Part shown: piece by piece, positions 9,879-19,831 of the stretch
How positions within the stretch are numbered: the first letter of the stretch is position 1
Layout of the letters: the number at the start of each line of letters is the position of its first letter
Assembly: GCA_963781885.1 (NCBI GenBank)
Contig: CAWAHW010000002.1
Coordinates: 1,120,001 to 1,184,000 of the forward strand
From: an uncultured Spirochaetota bacterium
Lineage (GTDB): Bacteria; Spirochaetota; Spirochaetia; SZUA-6; Fen-1364
Direction of reading: 5' to 3'
Length of the DNA: 64,000 nt
The notes under the pieces: model-generated
Seen by the model: only the letters and a program-made list of their open reading frames with translations
The model's database searches: none
Told to the model about the DNA's origin: nothing
Position numbers and translations under genes: made by a program

Positions 9879-10203
9879 TAGCACTGAGCATTCTCGCCTC
9901 AACAATGGCACGTTCTCGACGATCGCCCAAACGAGAGCGTCATCGACGGTCGGGTACTCATGGGTGAGCTGAGTTTCGGAAATCAATGATCCTTCGAGCA
10001 TTCGTGATCACTTCAAATGTGCGCGATGCCGCGCGCGAGAGTGCCGCGATTGCCTCGCCGATGATGATGAACTATCGCTCCACCGACGAACGAACGAGCC
10101 GAGACGCCGAATAGGCAGAGAAATCAAGGCCCGAGACAGCGACCGCGATCGCCTCGCAAGAATCAATAACATCGGTAGGACAAGCGCGCTCGTCACGCGG
10201 CAT
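9879..10203 (-). pseudogene. HepT-like toxin, copy 2 (3'-truncated, frameshifted)
   Basis: Duplicate of copy 1 with an extra base at ~9971. Confidence 0.8.
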
Positions 10204-10541
10204 ACAGCAGCAGTTTTGTGCGTTCTATATTTCGGGCGATGTACGACAAGCCCCTTTCCTACCCGTATGATCTGCAGCCCTAAAACCCGTGCCTCCCTGT
10301 CCCGGACTTGCAAGAGAGAGTTATCTTCAAAGTCGTCAACCCAACCCCGTTTAAAGGTCGAGGCAAAGGAACTCGGGTCCATTCCATCCCCGAGAGGCTC
10401 TCAGAATGTAAGGTCGAGGACGACCCGGACTCGCTCTAATAATTCCTTCAAAGAGAAGGGCCAGACGGGCCGTGCTTAGCTGCCGGGTTGCAGTCGTATC
10501 CCTGAGCGGGGCGTTTGCAAAGTCGTGCGTTCGGCGCCTTC

Positions 10542-11525
10542 TTATGATCCCTCCGCTGCCTTGATCAGCTCGTTCCGTCGCATTCTGTATGCGGCAATCG
10601 GGCCGTCACCCGGGATGAGGTTCTCTCCGATGGAAAGCCCGCTTGCCTTCGGCACCTGGGTCTGCACCACTCGTCTGTCCTGGTGAAGGATGATGCGGTT
10701 GAAGACCATGAACAGCACGTCCGCAAGGCCGCCCAGGATCGGCAGCCGCATGAACTTCTGGTAAAACCGCAGGTACATTAAGGTATGGCCTTCGTCAACA
10801 GGCACGAACGCCACCACAATCCGCATTTTCTCTGAAATCCAATTCTGCCAGAGGTTGGGGAACAATAGCTCAACGTGAAAGCTGGCATAGGGAGGACTGA
10901 TCTCGTCGGGCGTGAGAGGCTTCTGGCCGATGTCGACATCGTTGCAGACATGCACCACGAGGTGGTCGGCGTTTTTCCACAAGATTACCGGTCCGTTCAC
11001 CAGGGTCCTGTTCCCACGGCCGATAGTCGTGCGGTGAACGAATGGCAAATGCACCGCGTCAAGCTGGTTTTCAATTGCGCGGGAATAGTGCGTCTCCCAC
11101 GGATCAACGATCATGCGGGAATGAAATGTCCCGTCGATGTCGTCGAAGAAACTCGGCTCTTTCAAATTCGTGGGTGGATTCTCACCCCACCAGATCCAGA
11201 TGAAACCGTGGCTCTCATGGATGGGGTACGAGCAGACATGAAAGCGGTCAGGGACCGGGGCGTCTCTGCCGTTGGCAGGGATCCGAGCACCCCGGCCACG
11301 CGTGTCATATTCGAACCCATGGAAAGGGCACTGGATGCGATCTTCGAGAAGCTTCCCTGCGCTCAGGGCCGCCCCACGGTGCGCGCATCGATCCCGCAGG
11401 CAGAACGCCTTCCCCTCCTGGTCCCGGGCGAACACCAACCGCTCTCCCAGGCGGGTGACGCCCAGCATTTTTCCTCGCTTCACATCCTGCGATCCGAGGA
11501 CCACATACCATTGGTTTGGTATCAT
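10542..11525 (-). CDS. Rieske non-heme iron oxygenase alpha subunit (VanA/CAO-like)
   Basis: Rieske CAH...CPFHG motif and Fe site ENQLDAVHLPFVH; start MIPNQWY at 11525 with GGAG RBS. Confidence 0.9.
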   Translation of the reverse strand: MIPNQWYVVLGSQDVKRGKMLGVTRLGERLVFARDQEGKAFCLRDRCAHRGAALSAGKLLEDRIQCPFHGFEYDTRGRGARIPANGRDAPVPDRFHVCSYPIHESHGFIWIWWGENPPTNLKEPSFFDDIDGTFHSRMIVDPWETHYSRAIENQLDAVHLPFVHRTTIGRGNRTLVNGPVILWKNADHLVVHVCNDVDIGQKPLTPDEISPPYASFHVELLFPNLWQNWISEKMRIVVAFVPVDEGHTLMYLRFYQKFMRLPILGGLADVLFMVFNRIILHQDRRVVQTQVPKASGLSIGENLIPGDGPIAAYRMRRNELIKAAEGS

Positions 11526-11868
11526 TTCGACACTCCTATCGCCTCCGCTCCTGGGGGCGCTTGTCGCGCACGGTATCCAGGAAATCCGGCGTAATCGTCT
11601 TAACTCCTGCCCCGAGGATCTTCCATTGCGTTTTCTCGATACCATTTCCATCATAGCACACGACCCACGAAGCCGATTCTCCAAGTACCGGCCGATGTTT
11701 TCCCTCCAGACCCTGTTCGCAAATCTTTGAGAACCGATCGCAGGAACCTTGTCCCACAGCGCAGACGCGGCGGCGGGTTACTTGCGACAACGGCGATTTA
11801 TTCGGGCGGTTCGGTGGCAGTGGGGGCCGCATGGGCCGGGCAAGCCCACTCTCACGTGTGAAGCATGT
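11115..11868. repeat. 754-bp direct repeat, copy A (copy B at 37721-38473)
   Basis: Direct comparison shows at least 6 substitutions and 1 indel; covers the 5' part and upstream region of the Rieske gene. Confidence 0.95.
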
Positions 11869-13131
11869 GGGTGCGATTTCAAGAACCGGCACCCCTGATT
11901 GACAATCAGGCAACTGCAGACTCCGGAAATGTACTTTTGGGGCCGAGGCTGGAAGTAGTGCTGGAGATTGCCGGTGAGCTTCTCCACCCTAACCCGTAGC
12001 ACCCCAGTGTTGGGCCGGCGCTTCAGCGCATCCCACTGCCCTTGAAGCGCTTTGCCACTACGAACTTGCAGCTTCCTTCCACGAGCCCGCTGCCAATCGG
12101 GAAGCCCTGAGACTTGTAGGTGTCATAGTCCATGCGCGAGAGGTTATTCCTGAAGTAGTTGATCTCTCTGATCGCTGAATCTCGATCGACAACGGTGTCG
12201 GCCCTCCGTCGCATCTCCTGGACGACCTGCAGGGCCCGCCCTTCCAGCAACATATGGGCCCAGCGAGGGTGAGTCAGCTTCCCCTTGCGTGCATCTGGGA
12301 ACAGGCTGCAAAAGACTCCCAAATGCTCGCTGGCGTGATAGTGTGAGCCCCATCGGCCAGAAAGACCAGCGTGCGCGCGAAGTGTTGTCCCATGGCCAAG
12401 GCGGCGCGGCCGGCGTAGGTCTCAAACTCCTGGTGCCGACCGTAGCGAGCTCCTGTCCAGCGGTCCACCTCTTTGCCGTCTTGCATCTTCTGCACGACCA
12501 CCACGTTGCATTCTTTCCAATCCGTCGGTGCCTTCAGGCTTTCCCGACCGCTCACGCCCTTCTTTTCAAGGATTTGTGGACTGATGGTCCCGTCGACCTC
12601 CACTACCATCACCTCGCAGGACTGATTGCCACGTCGGGCTTCAATCATCTCGTGGGGATTGTCGGCGATGCGCTCGCCAACCGACTCGGTATTGCGGCGT
12701 ACAGCCGTGGCACCCACCGAGAACCCCAAGGCCTCACTCAGAAGGTGCCCCGCCCGGCCGAAGGCCTCACTGCCACCGAAACTGCTAAGCAGATAGCTCA
12801 TCAACGGCGAATAGCCCAAGCAGCGATCCAGTCCCAGCTTCTCATCCAGAGGAACCCACCCGCCTGTACCGTGGCGAAACTTGTAGCATCGTCGTGGCAG
12901 CACTGCTTCCCCGCCAAAGCGGTTGAGAAACCGTCGATTGCGCTTGCCCGCGTACACCGCTGTGCGCTCCCCCACGCGGAGGCTGTTCTCAACGGTGGGC
13001 TCCTCCACCCCTTGCAAGATCTCGCGCTCCAATGCTTGCCCAAACTCGTTGATGAACTTCAGGATTCGCGATTCAACCTGCTCAAAGGTATACCTGTCCG
13101 TGCTCAAGCCTTCTCCAAGCTCCTTGACTAG

Positions 13132-14619
13132 GAGCTTGTCGGATTTTCGTTGGCGGATTCTCACGTAGCCGGTCTATGTGCTAAGTTTCGCGGGTGGCAG
13201 AAAACTTCGTAAACGTGGATCGGGACACACCGATGCTGCTGCCTGCGGATCTGAGGCGGTGGGTTCCCGAAGACGATCTGGTGCATTTCCTGATCAACGC
13301 GGTGGAGACGATGCGGCTGTCGGCGTTGCGAGTAAATGAGCGTGGCAGTGGCAGCGAGCAGTATCCGCCGCGGATGATGCTGGCGCTGTTGGTCTATAGC
13401 TACGCCAACGGCGTGTTTGGTTCACGACGCATCGAACGGGCCACCTACCGCGATGTTGCGGTGCGCTACCTCACAGGAGACACCCATCCAGATCACGACA
13501 CCATTTGCGCGTTTCGCAGAGAAAATGCAATGGCGGTGAAGCAAGCCTTCGCTGAGGTATTGCAGTTGGCTCGGCAGATGGGACTGGTGAAACTTGGGAC
13601 CGTTAGTGTTGACGGAACGCATATCAAAGCCAACGCCTCCAAACACAAGGGTTTACGCTACGATCGTGCGGGGGAGTTAGAAAAGCTCCTCCGCAAGGAC
13701 ATCGAAGAGCTTCTGGCGCGAGCCGAAAATGCCGACCGCCAGGAGACGGCAGATGATCAAAAGCTGCCCCAGGAGATTGCCCGACGCGAGGCATTACTGG
13801 AAAAGATGCGCTGGGCTCGTCAGGAACTGGAGAAACGAGCCAAAAACGAGGAGGAGCAGAAGAGGCACAAGGACGATTTTGGAGGGCCCGAAACGGGAAG
13901 CACACCCGGGCAAGGGCAGCCAAAGGACTCGCAGCAGATCAACCTTACCGATCCCGACAGCTGCTTGATGCGCAAGAGCCGTTACGACAGCTATGAGCAG
14001 GCATACAACGCTCAGGTGGTCGTTGAGGCCGATGGCAGCCAGCTTGTGCTGGCCACCGATGTGCTCACCACTCCCAGCGACGCGAATGAGCTGGAAGTAG
14101 CGCTGGAGAAGGTTGTGCAATCCGTGGGGCCCGTTCAGCGGATGTTGGCTGATGGAGGATACGTGAATGCAGAGGCAATCGGCGAGGTAGGACAGAAGGT
14201 TGATCTGTACGTCGCGATTGCCAGGGCGGACAACAGCTACCGCCGCTACGACTTTCGGCCACGAAAAAAGCGGGCTGCCAAGAAAGTCATCGATCCCCGT
14301 TTGAGGGCCATGCGGAAAAAAGTGACCAGCGAGGAGGGCAGGCGTATCTACCGCCGACGCGCTGCCACAGTTGAACCGGTCTTTGGTGTGATCAAAGCCG
14401 CGTTGGGTCTGCGACAGTTCCTCTTGCGAGGGTCGGAGAAGGTGCGCATCGAATGGGATCTGGTTTGCTTGGCCTACAACGTAAGGCGAGTGTGGAGCCT
14501 CTCAAGGGCCTGAGACGACGCTGACGAGCCCTGTGGACAATTCCTTTGCGCTCGGGCCTGATTCGGCCGTGTCGGGTGCTGGATTTCCTGCTGAGCCGAG
14601 CTCTCAGTCCGACAGGCTC
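13132..14619 (+). mobile_element. IS1182-family element (1488 bp) with CTAG target duplication
   Basis: IRs GAGCTTGTCGGA / TCCGACAGGCTC; CTAG at 13128-13131 and 14620-14623. Confidence 0.9.
13194..14513 (+). CDS. IS1182-family DDE transposase
   Basis: YPPRMMLALLVY, PDHDTI, VDGTHIKANAS, TDPDS, ADGGY and VEPVFGVIK motifs. Confidence 0.92.
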   Translation: MAENFVNVDRDTPMLLPADLRRWVPEDDLVHFLINAVETMRLSALRVNERGSGSEQYPPRMMLALLVYSYANGVFGSRRIERATYRDVAVRYLTGDTHPDHDTICAFRRENAMAVKQAFAEVLQLARQMGLVKLGTVSVDGTHIKANASKHKGLRYDRAGELEKLLRKDIEELLARAENADRQETADDQKLPQEIARREALLEKMRWARQELEKRAKNEEEQKRHKDDFGGPETGSTPGQGQPKDSQQINLTDPDSCLMRKSRYDSYEQAYNAQVVVEADGSQLVLATDVLTTPSDANELEVALEKVVQSVGPVQRMLADGGYVNAEAIGEVGQKVDLYVAIARADNSYRRYDFRPRKKRAAKKVIDPRLRAMRKKVTSEEGRRIYRRRAATVEPVFGVIKAALGLRQFLLRGSEKVRIEWDLVCLAYNVRRVWSLSRA

Positions 14620-16651
14620 CTAGGATTCTGGCTCTGACGCAGAATCTCAGTGATTTCCATGGCCTATCCCCCCTCCATAGCAAGGATTCAGCAAGGTGGG
14701 GATAGGCTTTTATCTTTAAAAACTCAATGACAAAAAACCCGTTCTTGAGATCGCACCCCGCACGGGGGCTGCTCGCGAAAAGACGGCTTTGTGATAGACT
14801 TTCGCAAGTTCCGTTTCCGCATGATTCCAAGCAGAAGCTGCATTGGCATGCCAACTACGGCATTGAGAAAGGAATCATTGACGGCACCCAGTAGGGCGGG
14901 CGTTGAATGAAAAGGCTCCACTACACGATGGTTCGAATTGCCTCGGCAATAAGGATTTCGGCATGCGGCTTTTTTCTGTTTCTTGGCGCAGGGTGCGCAC
15001 AAATGCCACCAACCCAAGAGAGCACGCCCCAGATCGTGGCTCAGACAGCCCCGCTTCCAGAGTTGCTCAAGACGGGGCCGCACTTTGTCGTAGATCTTGG
15101 GCATACTGATGCTGTCAATTCAGTAACCTTCTCGCCCGACGGTAGGACAGTGCTCTCCGGCTCAGCTGACGGCACGGTAAAGCTCTGGGACGTCGCAAGC
15201 GGCCGGGAGATCCGCACCTTCTCCGGCTCTTCGTCCGCAGTCACTTCTGTCGCTTTCTCACCGGATGGACTATCGGCCGTGTCTAATTCACGAGACAGAA
15301 CCTTGAAACTATGGGATGTCGGGACGGGTCGAGAGATTCGCACGTTCTCCGGAAATACGAACGGTGTCAGCTCTGTTGCTTATTCGCCCGACGGCAGTAT
15401 GGTCGTTTCGGACTCAAGCGAAAGCGCGCTGGAATTGTGGGACGCGCAGACGGGCCAAAAAATCCGCGCCTTCTCCGCCGACATGACGGCGGCAACCTCT
15501 GTTGCCTTTTCCCCTGACGGAAGAAAACTAGTTTCAGGCTCAGGAGACGGCACTCTCGCACTTTGGGATGCGGGCACCGGCCAAAAGATTCGCGCATTCT
15601 CGGCGCCAAAGCAGTGGGTTTCCTCGGTCGCGTTCTCGCCGGATGGGGGAGCGGTGCTCGCGGGCTCAGGAGAAGGTACTCTCGCTCTTTGGGACGTAGG
15701 CACCGGCCGGGAGATTCGCGCATTCTCCAGCATCACATCCGCGGTTACTGCGGTCGCATTCTCCCCTGATGGGCAGACAGTGCTCTCCGCTTTGGAGGAT
15801 CGAACGTTGAGGCTGTGGAATGTGGCGAATGGCCGTGAGATCCTTACCATGGCTGGCCACACCAACATCATCAACTCTGTGGCTTTTTCGCCTGACGGGC
15901 GGACGATTCTGTCTGGCTCAAGTGACTGGACGTTGAAACTCTGGGAGGTGTCGACTGGAAGGGAGATGCGCATTTTCGCAGGTCATGTCAGTACCCTTGG
16001 CCCGGTTGCATTCTCTCCCATCGGGAGGACTTTGCTATCTGGTTATTCAGATGGGACGTTGATGCTCTGGGATGCAGCGACCGGCCAAGAGATCCGAGCT
16101 CTTGCTGGGCAAGGCGGAGATATCACTTCGGCGGCGTACTCACCTGACGGCCGGATGCTGGTCTCCGGTCTTCGGAACGGCGCTTTGCGGCTATGGGACG
16201 CCGCAAGCGGACGGGAGATACGCACTGTCCCAGGCGCAGCGGGCGCCGTAGTCACGTCGGTCGCATTTTCCCCCGATGGGCGTAGCGTTCTCGCGGGCTC
16301 AGATACCCTCGGCAAATCAGACAAACTTGTGCTTTGGGATGTGGCGACGGGCAGCAGGATAAAGACTTACTATACCCCCGAATATGCCGCCTCGGTATCT
16401 TCCGTAGCGTTTTCCCCTGACGGACGGATGTTGATTGCTGGCTCCTACGACGGAAAACTGAATCTTTGGGATACGGCAAGCGGACGGGAGATCCGCACAT
16501 TCTCCCGCGACGCAGCCGTGATCACCTCGGTCGCATTTTCACCAGATGGTTTGACGCTGCTCGCCAGCTCCGCGGATAGAACCTTGAAGCTGTGGAATGT
16601 TGGGACCGGGGAGGAGATCCGCGCCTTCGCCGGACATACCAGGTCTGTTAA

Positions 16652-18135
16652 CCTTACAGATGCATAAAAGGCAGATATTCGCTTGACGTGTAGATGAAAA
16701 AGTGGCGTCCTGATATGGCAAATCCTGATTCCGCCAAGAGTCAGATCTACCGACCAGGAGGCCACCAAACGTGAAACCCAGTAGAGCACAAATCCACTCC
16801 CGCGTCTACAAGTTCCCCGAGCTTCGCTTCGAAGATCAACGATTGACATCTTTTTCTGGGACCGTGGTACTACAAGCCCTTTTCAAAAACATGGATGTCG
16901 CGGGCAAACTACAGCGATGCTTCACCCATCGGAAGAAGGGTTCCGTGGTAGGGTTTCACAGCGTCGCCTTGTTGATGATCCTGCACTTGATGCTGGGCTA
17001 CCGTCGGCTGCGTGATATTGATCGCTACCGAGAGGACCCGCTGATTCGACGAGCACTGGGATTGCGGCGGCTGCCTCATGTCTGTACGGTGAGTCGGATG
17101 CTCTGTCGGGCTGATGCGCACAGCGTTGCCAACCTTCAAGAGTTCAATCGTGCTTTGGTCCTGCAACGTCTTGAACATCAGGGGCTGGCACGGGTCACCT
17201 TGGACTTCGATGGCTCGGTGATCTCCAGCGGCCGTTACGCCGAGGGGACGGCCATCGGGTATAATGATAAAAAGAAGGGGGCCAGAAGCTACTACCCGTT
17301 GTTCTGCACCGTCGCGCAAAGCGGTCAAGTCCTGGATGCCCATCATCGGCCAGGCAACGTGCACGACTCCAAGGGCTCACTTGCTTTCATTGGGGCGTGC
17401 GTGGCCGCGGTGCGAGCTCAGCTGCCCGGTGTGATTGTGGAGTCGCGTAAGGATTCAGCGTTTTTCAGCGATGAAACAGTGAGTTTTCTGGATTCCCAGA
17501 AAGTCGAGTTTAGCATCTCCGTTCCCTTCGAGCGATTCTCCGAGTTGAAGGAGATCATTGAATCCAGGAGCACGTGGCAGCGCCTGGATTCCGAGTGGTC
17601 GTACTTCGAGTTGCCCTGGTCGCCGAACTGCTGGAGCAAACACTATCGGTTTCTGTTCCTCCGCCACAAGGTGAAAAAGCAACGAAAGGAACCTGTCCAG
17701 TTGGAGCTCTTTGTTCCTCACGAAGAAGGCTACGAGTTCAAGGTGATCGTCACCAACAAGCGAGGTAAGGCGAAGGGAATCCTCTTGTTTCACAACGGGA
17801 GGGCGTCGCAGGAGAACATGTTCTCAGAATTGAAGGACCAGTGCCAGATGGATTATGTCCCCGTGCGTCGCCTGGCCGGCAACCAGTGGTACTTTCTTTC
17901 GGCAGTGATCGCGCATAATCTTTTTCGTGAGCTTCATATCAAAAGCTGCACAAAGGATCGGACCACGACAGCGAAACGGTCACCTTTATGGAGCTTCCGC
18001 GAGGCAACGACCATTCGTCAGGTGCTTCTCCACAGGGCAGGTCGACTGACCAGACCGCAGGGGCGGCTACGACTTACCCTGAGCGGCAACGAAATCACAC
18101 GTAAAGAGTTCCAAACATATCTGGCAGCCCTGGAT
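16652..18135 (+). mobile_element. IS1380-family element, copy 1, right end missing
   Basis: Starts CCTTACAGATGCATAAAAG; matches copy 2 up to ...GCCCTGGAT, then runs straight into WD40 sequence. Confidence 0.92.
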
Positions 18136-18186
18136 TTTCTCCCGACGGACGCACAGCAGTGTCCGGCTCTCAGGATAGGACGCTGA
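16771..18186 (+). CDS. IS1380-family transposase with an aberrant read-through C-terminus
   Basis: LTSFSG, LDFDGS, SYYPL, HRPGN and RASQENMFSELK motifs; the final residues come from out-of-frame WD40 sequence. Confidence 0.9.
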   Translation: MKPSRAQIHSRVYKFPELRFEDQRLTSFSGTVVLQALFKNMDVAGKLQRCFTHRKKGSVVGFHSVALLMILHLMLGYRRLRDIDRYREDPLIRRALGLRRLPHVCTVSRMLCRADAHSVANLQEFNRALVLQRLEHQGLARVTLDFDGSVISSGRYAEGTAIGYNDKKKGARSYYPLFCTVAQSGQVLDAHHRPGNVHDSKGSLAFIGACVAAVRAQLPGVIVESRKDSAFFSDETVSFLDSQKVEFSISVPFERFSELKEIIESRSTWQRLDSEWSYFELPWSPNCWSKHYRFLFLRHKVKKQRKEPVQLELFVPHEEGYEFKVIVTNKRGKAKGILLFHNGRASQENMFSELKDQCQMDYVPVRRLAGNQWYFLSAVIAHNLFRELHIKSCTKDRTTTAKRSPLWSFREATTIRQVLLHRAGRLTRPQGRLRLTLSGNEITRKEFQTYLAALDFLPTDAQQCPALRIGR

Positions 18187-19831
18187 AGCTGTGGGACATC
18201 GCAAGCGGTCAGGAGATCCGCGCATTTGCCGGTCACACGGACAGTGTCACATGTGTAGCATATTCGCCGGACGGTCGGACCGTGCTGTCTGGTTCACAGG
18301 ACAGGACGCTGAAGCTGTGGGACATCGCAAGCGGCAAGCTCCTCTACACTGCCGTTGCAACTCCCAGCGGTGATTGGTTGGCTTGGACCCCAGAGGGTTT
18401 CTTCGCGGGCACTGAACGGGCCACCCACAACCTCGTTCATATCGTGGACGGCATGCATGTCATCGGCGTCGACCAAGTATATAGCGTCTTCTACCGCCCT
18501 GACCTTGTGGCGGCGAAGGCGGCCGGAAAGGACATTTCCTCCGATTCCCAAGGACTTGATTTGTCAAGCCTACTTTCCGGACTCACCGGAGGCTTGCCTC
18601 CTGTGGTCGAAATCATAAGCCCTCAGAACAGCATCTCCACTCAGCGTGATGTGCAAGTGCGAATACGAGTCACGGACCGCGGTGGAGGGGTGGGCAAAGT
18701 CATCGTGTTCAACGGCGATATGCCCGTGGTGCTCTCTGAGGGGGGTGAGGGCCGAGGTCTCAGCGTGGTGACAGCCTCTTTCTCAGGGGGCGGGGATGTC
18801 TACCAGGCTCTGCTGAGCCTGCAAAACGGCATAAATCTCATTTCGGCATCAGCGTATAACAAGGGCAACACTATCGAATCGCTCCGGGCCTTGGTGCAGC
18901 TGGCCTATCATTCGACCACGGTAACGAAGCCTGACCTGTACATCCTCGCAGTGGCAGTGACACACTACCGGGACGGGGCTCTCCAGTTAAAATATCCGGT
19001 AGAGGACGCCATCGCGCTCGTTGACGCTTTTCAGAAACAAGAGGGTGGGCTCTACAAATCTGTGCACCCCTTCTTCCTTTGTGACGAAAAGGCGACGAGA
19101 GCGGGCTTGGCCACTGCCTTCGAGCAACTGGCGCCTATGGTGAAGCCCGATGATGTGTTTGTACTGTATTTCGCGGGTCACGGAGTGACCTATGACAAGG
19201 ACGGAGAATACTACTTCCTACCGGTGGACTTCCGCTACACAGACTCCTCCAGTATCGCGGCTCAGGGAATATCGAAGGATGACATCACAAGAGGCGTCAC
19301 CGAGATCCAGGCCCAGAAAAGTCTCTTGTTCTTCGATACTTGTGATTCTGGCTCGTTCTTGAATGTTCCCGAAAGCAGGGGAATTGCCGAGAAGACCGCG
19401 GTGGACAGACTGACTCACGCTGTGGGAAGGGCGACGATCGTAGCCTCCAGCAAAGACGAGGTGGCTCTTGAGGGATATGAGAACCATGGGGTGTTCACCT
19501 ATGCGCTCTTGCAGGGACTCTCCGGAGCGGCGGATGCAGAGAAGCGCGGGTATGTGAGCGTAAAGGGACTGTCGGCATACGTCGAAAACGAAGTGCCAGA
19601 GCTTACGAACAAGATGGCGGGCTATGAGCAGATCCCGCAGAGTCTGCTGCCGTCGGAGGATTTCCCGCTCGTAAAAGACTAAGAAGCTGCCGCATCACCA
19701 GGGGAGATGGGCAAGAATCCAGGGGGGCAGTACCTCACGTGTTGAACGAAGTTTGGACAAGGAGTTGCTTCGGAGACAAACCCGCCCAATCCGTGCTTGC
19801 CCATGGGAGGACTGCTGTGGAAGAGGACCTA

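Larger units (their letters stand above)
9398..10358. repeat. tandem duplication, 2 x 480 bp (9398-9877 and 9879-10358)
   Basis: Both units run TAGCACTGAG...TTTAAAGGT. I saw three differences (2 single-base indels, 1 substitution) and one extra G between the units. Confidence 0.95.
11906..14660 (-). pseudogene. ISKra4/ISLre2-family transposase, split by IS1182 and by several single-base indels
   Basis: ATG 14660 with GGAGG RBS; VEVDG, LADGA and PIGSGLVEGSCK..KRFKGSGMR motifs across ORFs 12274-13164 and 12023-12322. Confidence 0.8.
11869..14758 (-). mobile_element. ISKra4/ISLre2-like (Mutator-type) IS interrupted by IS1182
   Basis: Terminal IRs GGGTGCGATTTCAAGAAC / GTTCTTGAGATCGCACCC; no TSD. 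Confidence 0.85.
14907..19682 (+). pseudogene. lipoprotein with 14 WD40 repeats, a beta-sandwich linker and a caspase-like peptidase C14 domain, interrupted by IS1380
   Basis: Lipobox-like FLGAGC; 12 full repeats before the IS, repeat 13 split, repeat 14 after it; catalytic YFAGHG and FDTCDSG motifs intact. Confidence 0.88.

Noticed and set aside
9398-10358. Tandem repeat as a CRISPR array, ncRNA array or DGR template/variable pair
   Set aside because: Units are 480 bp with no spacers, no RT or cas genes, and no adenine-specific variation; the sequence is explained as hepT/mntA
10414-10461. Minus-strand PFSLKELLERVRVVLD, resembling a receiver-domain C-terminus
   Set aside because: Only ~16 codons; too short to annotate
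9479-10479. ORF-track proteins within the duplication
   Set aside because: Off-frame or antisense to the hepT pseudogene
11526-11684. 53-aa N-terminal extension of the Rieske ORF
   Set aside because: RBS and the family-typical start lie at MIPNQWY (11525)
11115-11868. 754-bp repeat as a target-site duplication or DGR TR/VR pair
   Set aside because: Far longer than any TSD of this IS family, the copies are diverged, and there is no reverse transcriptase
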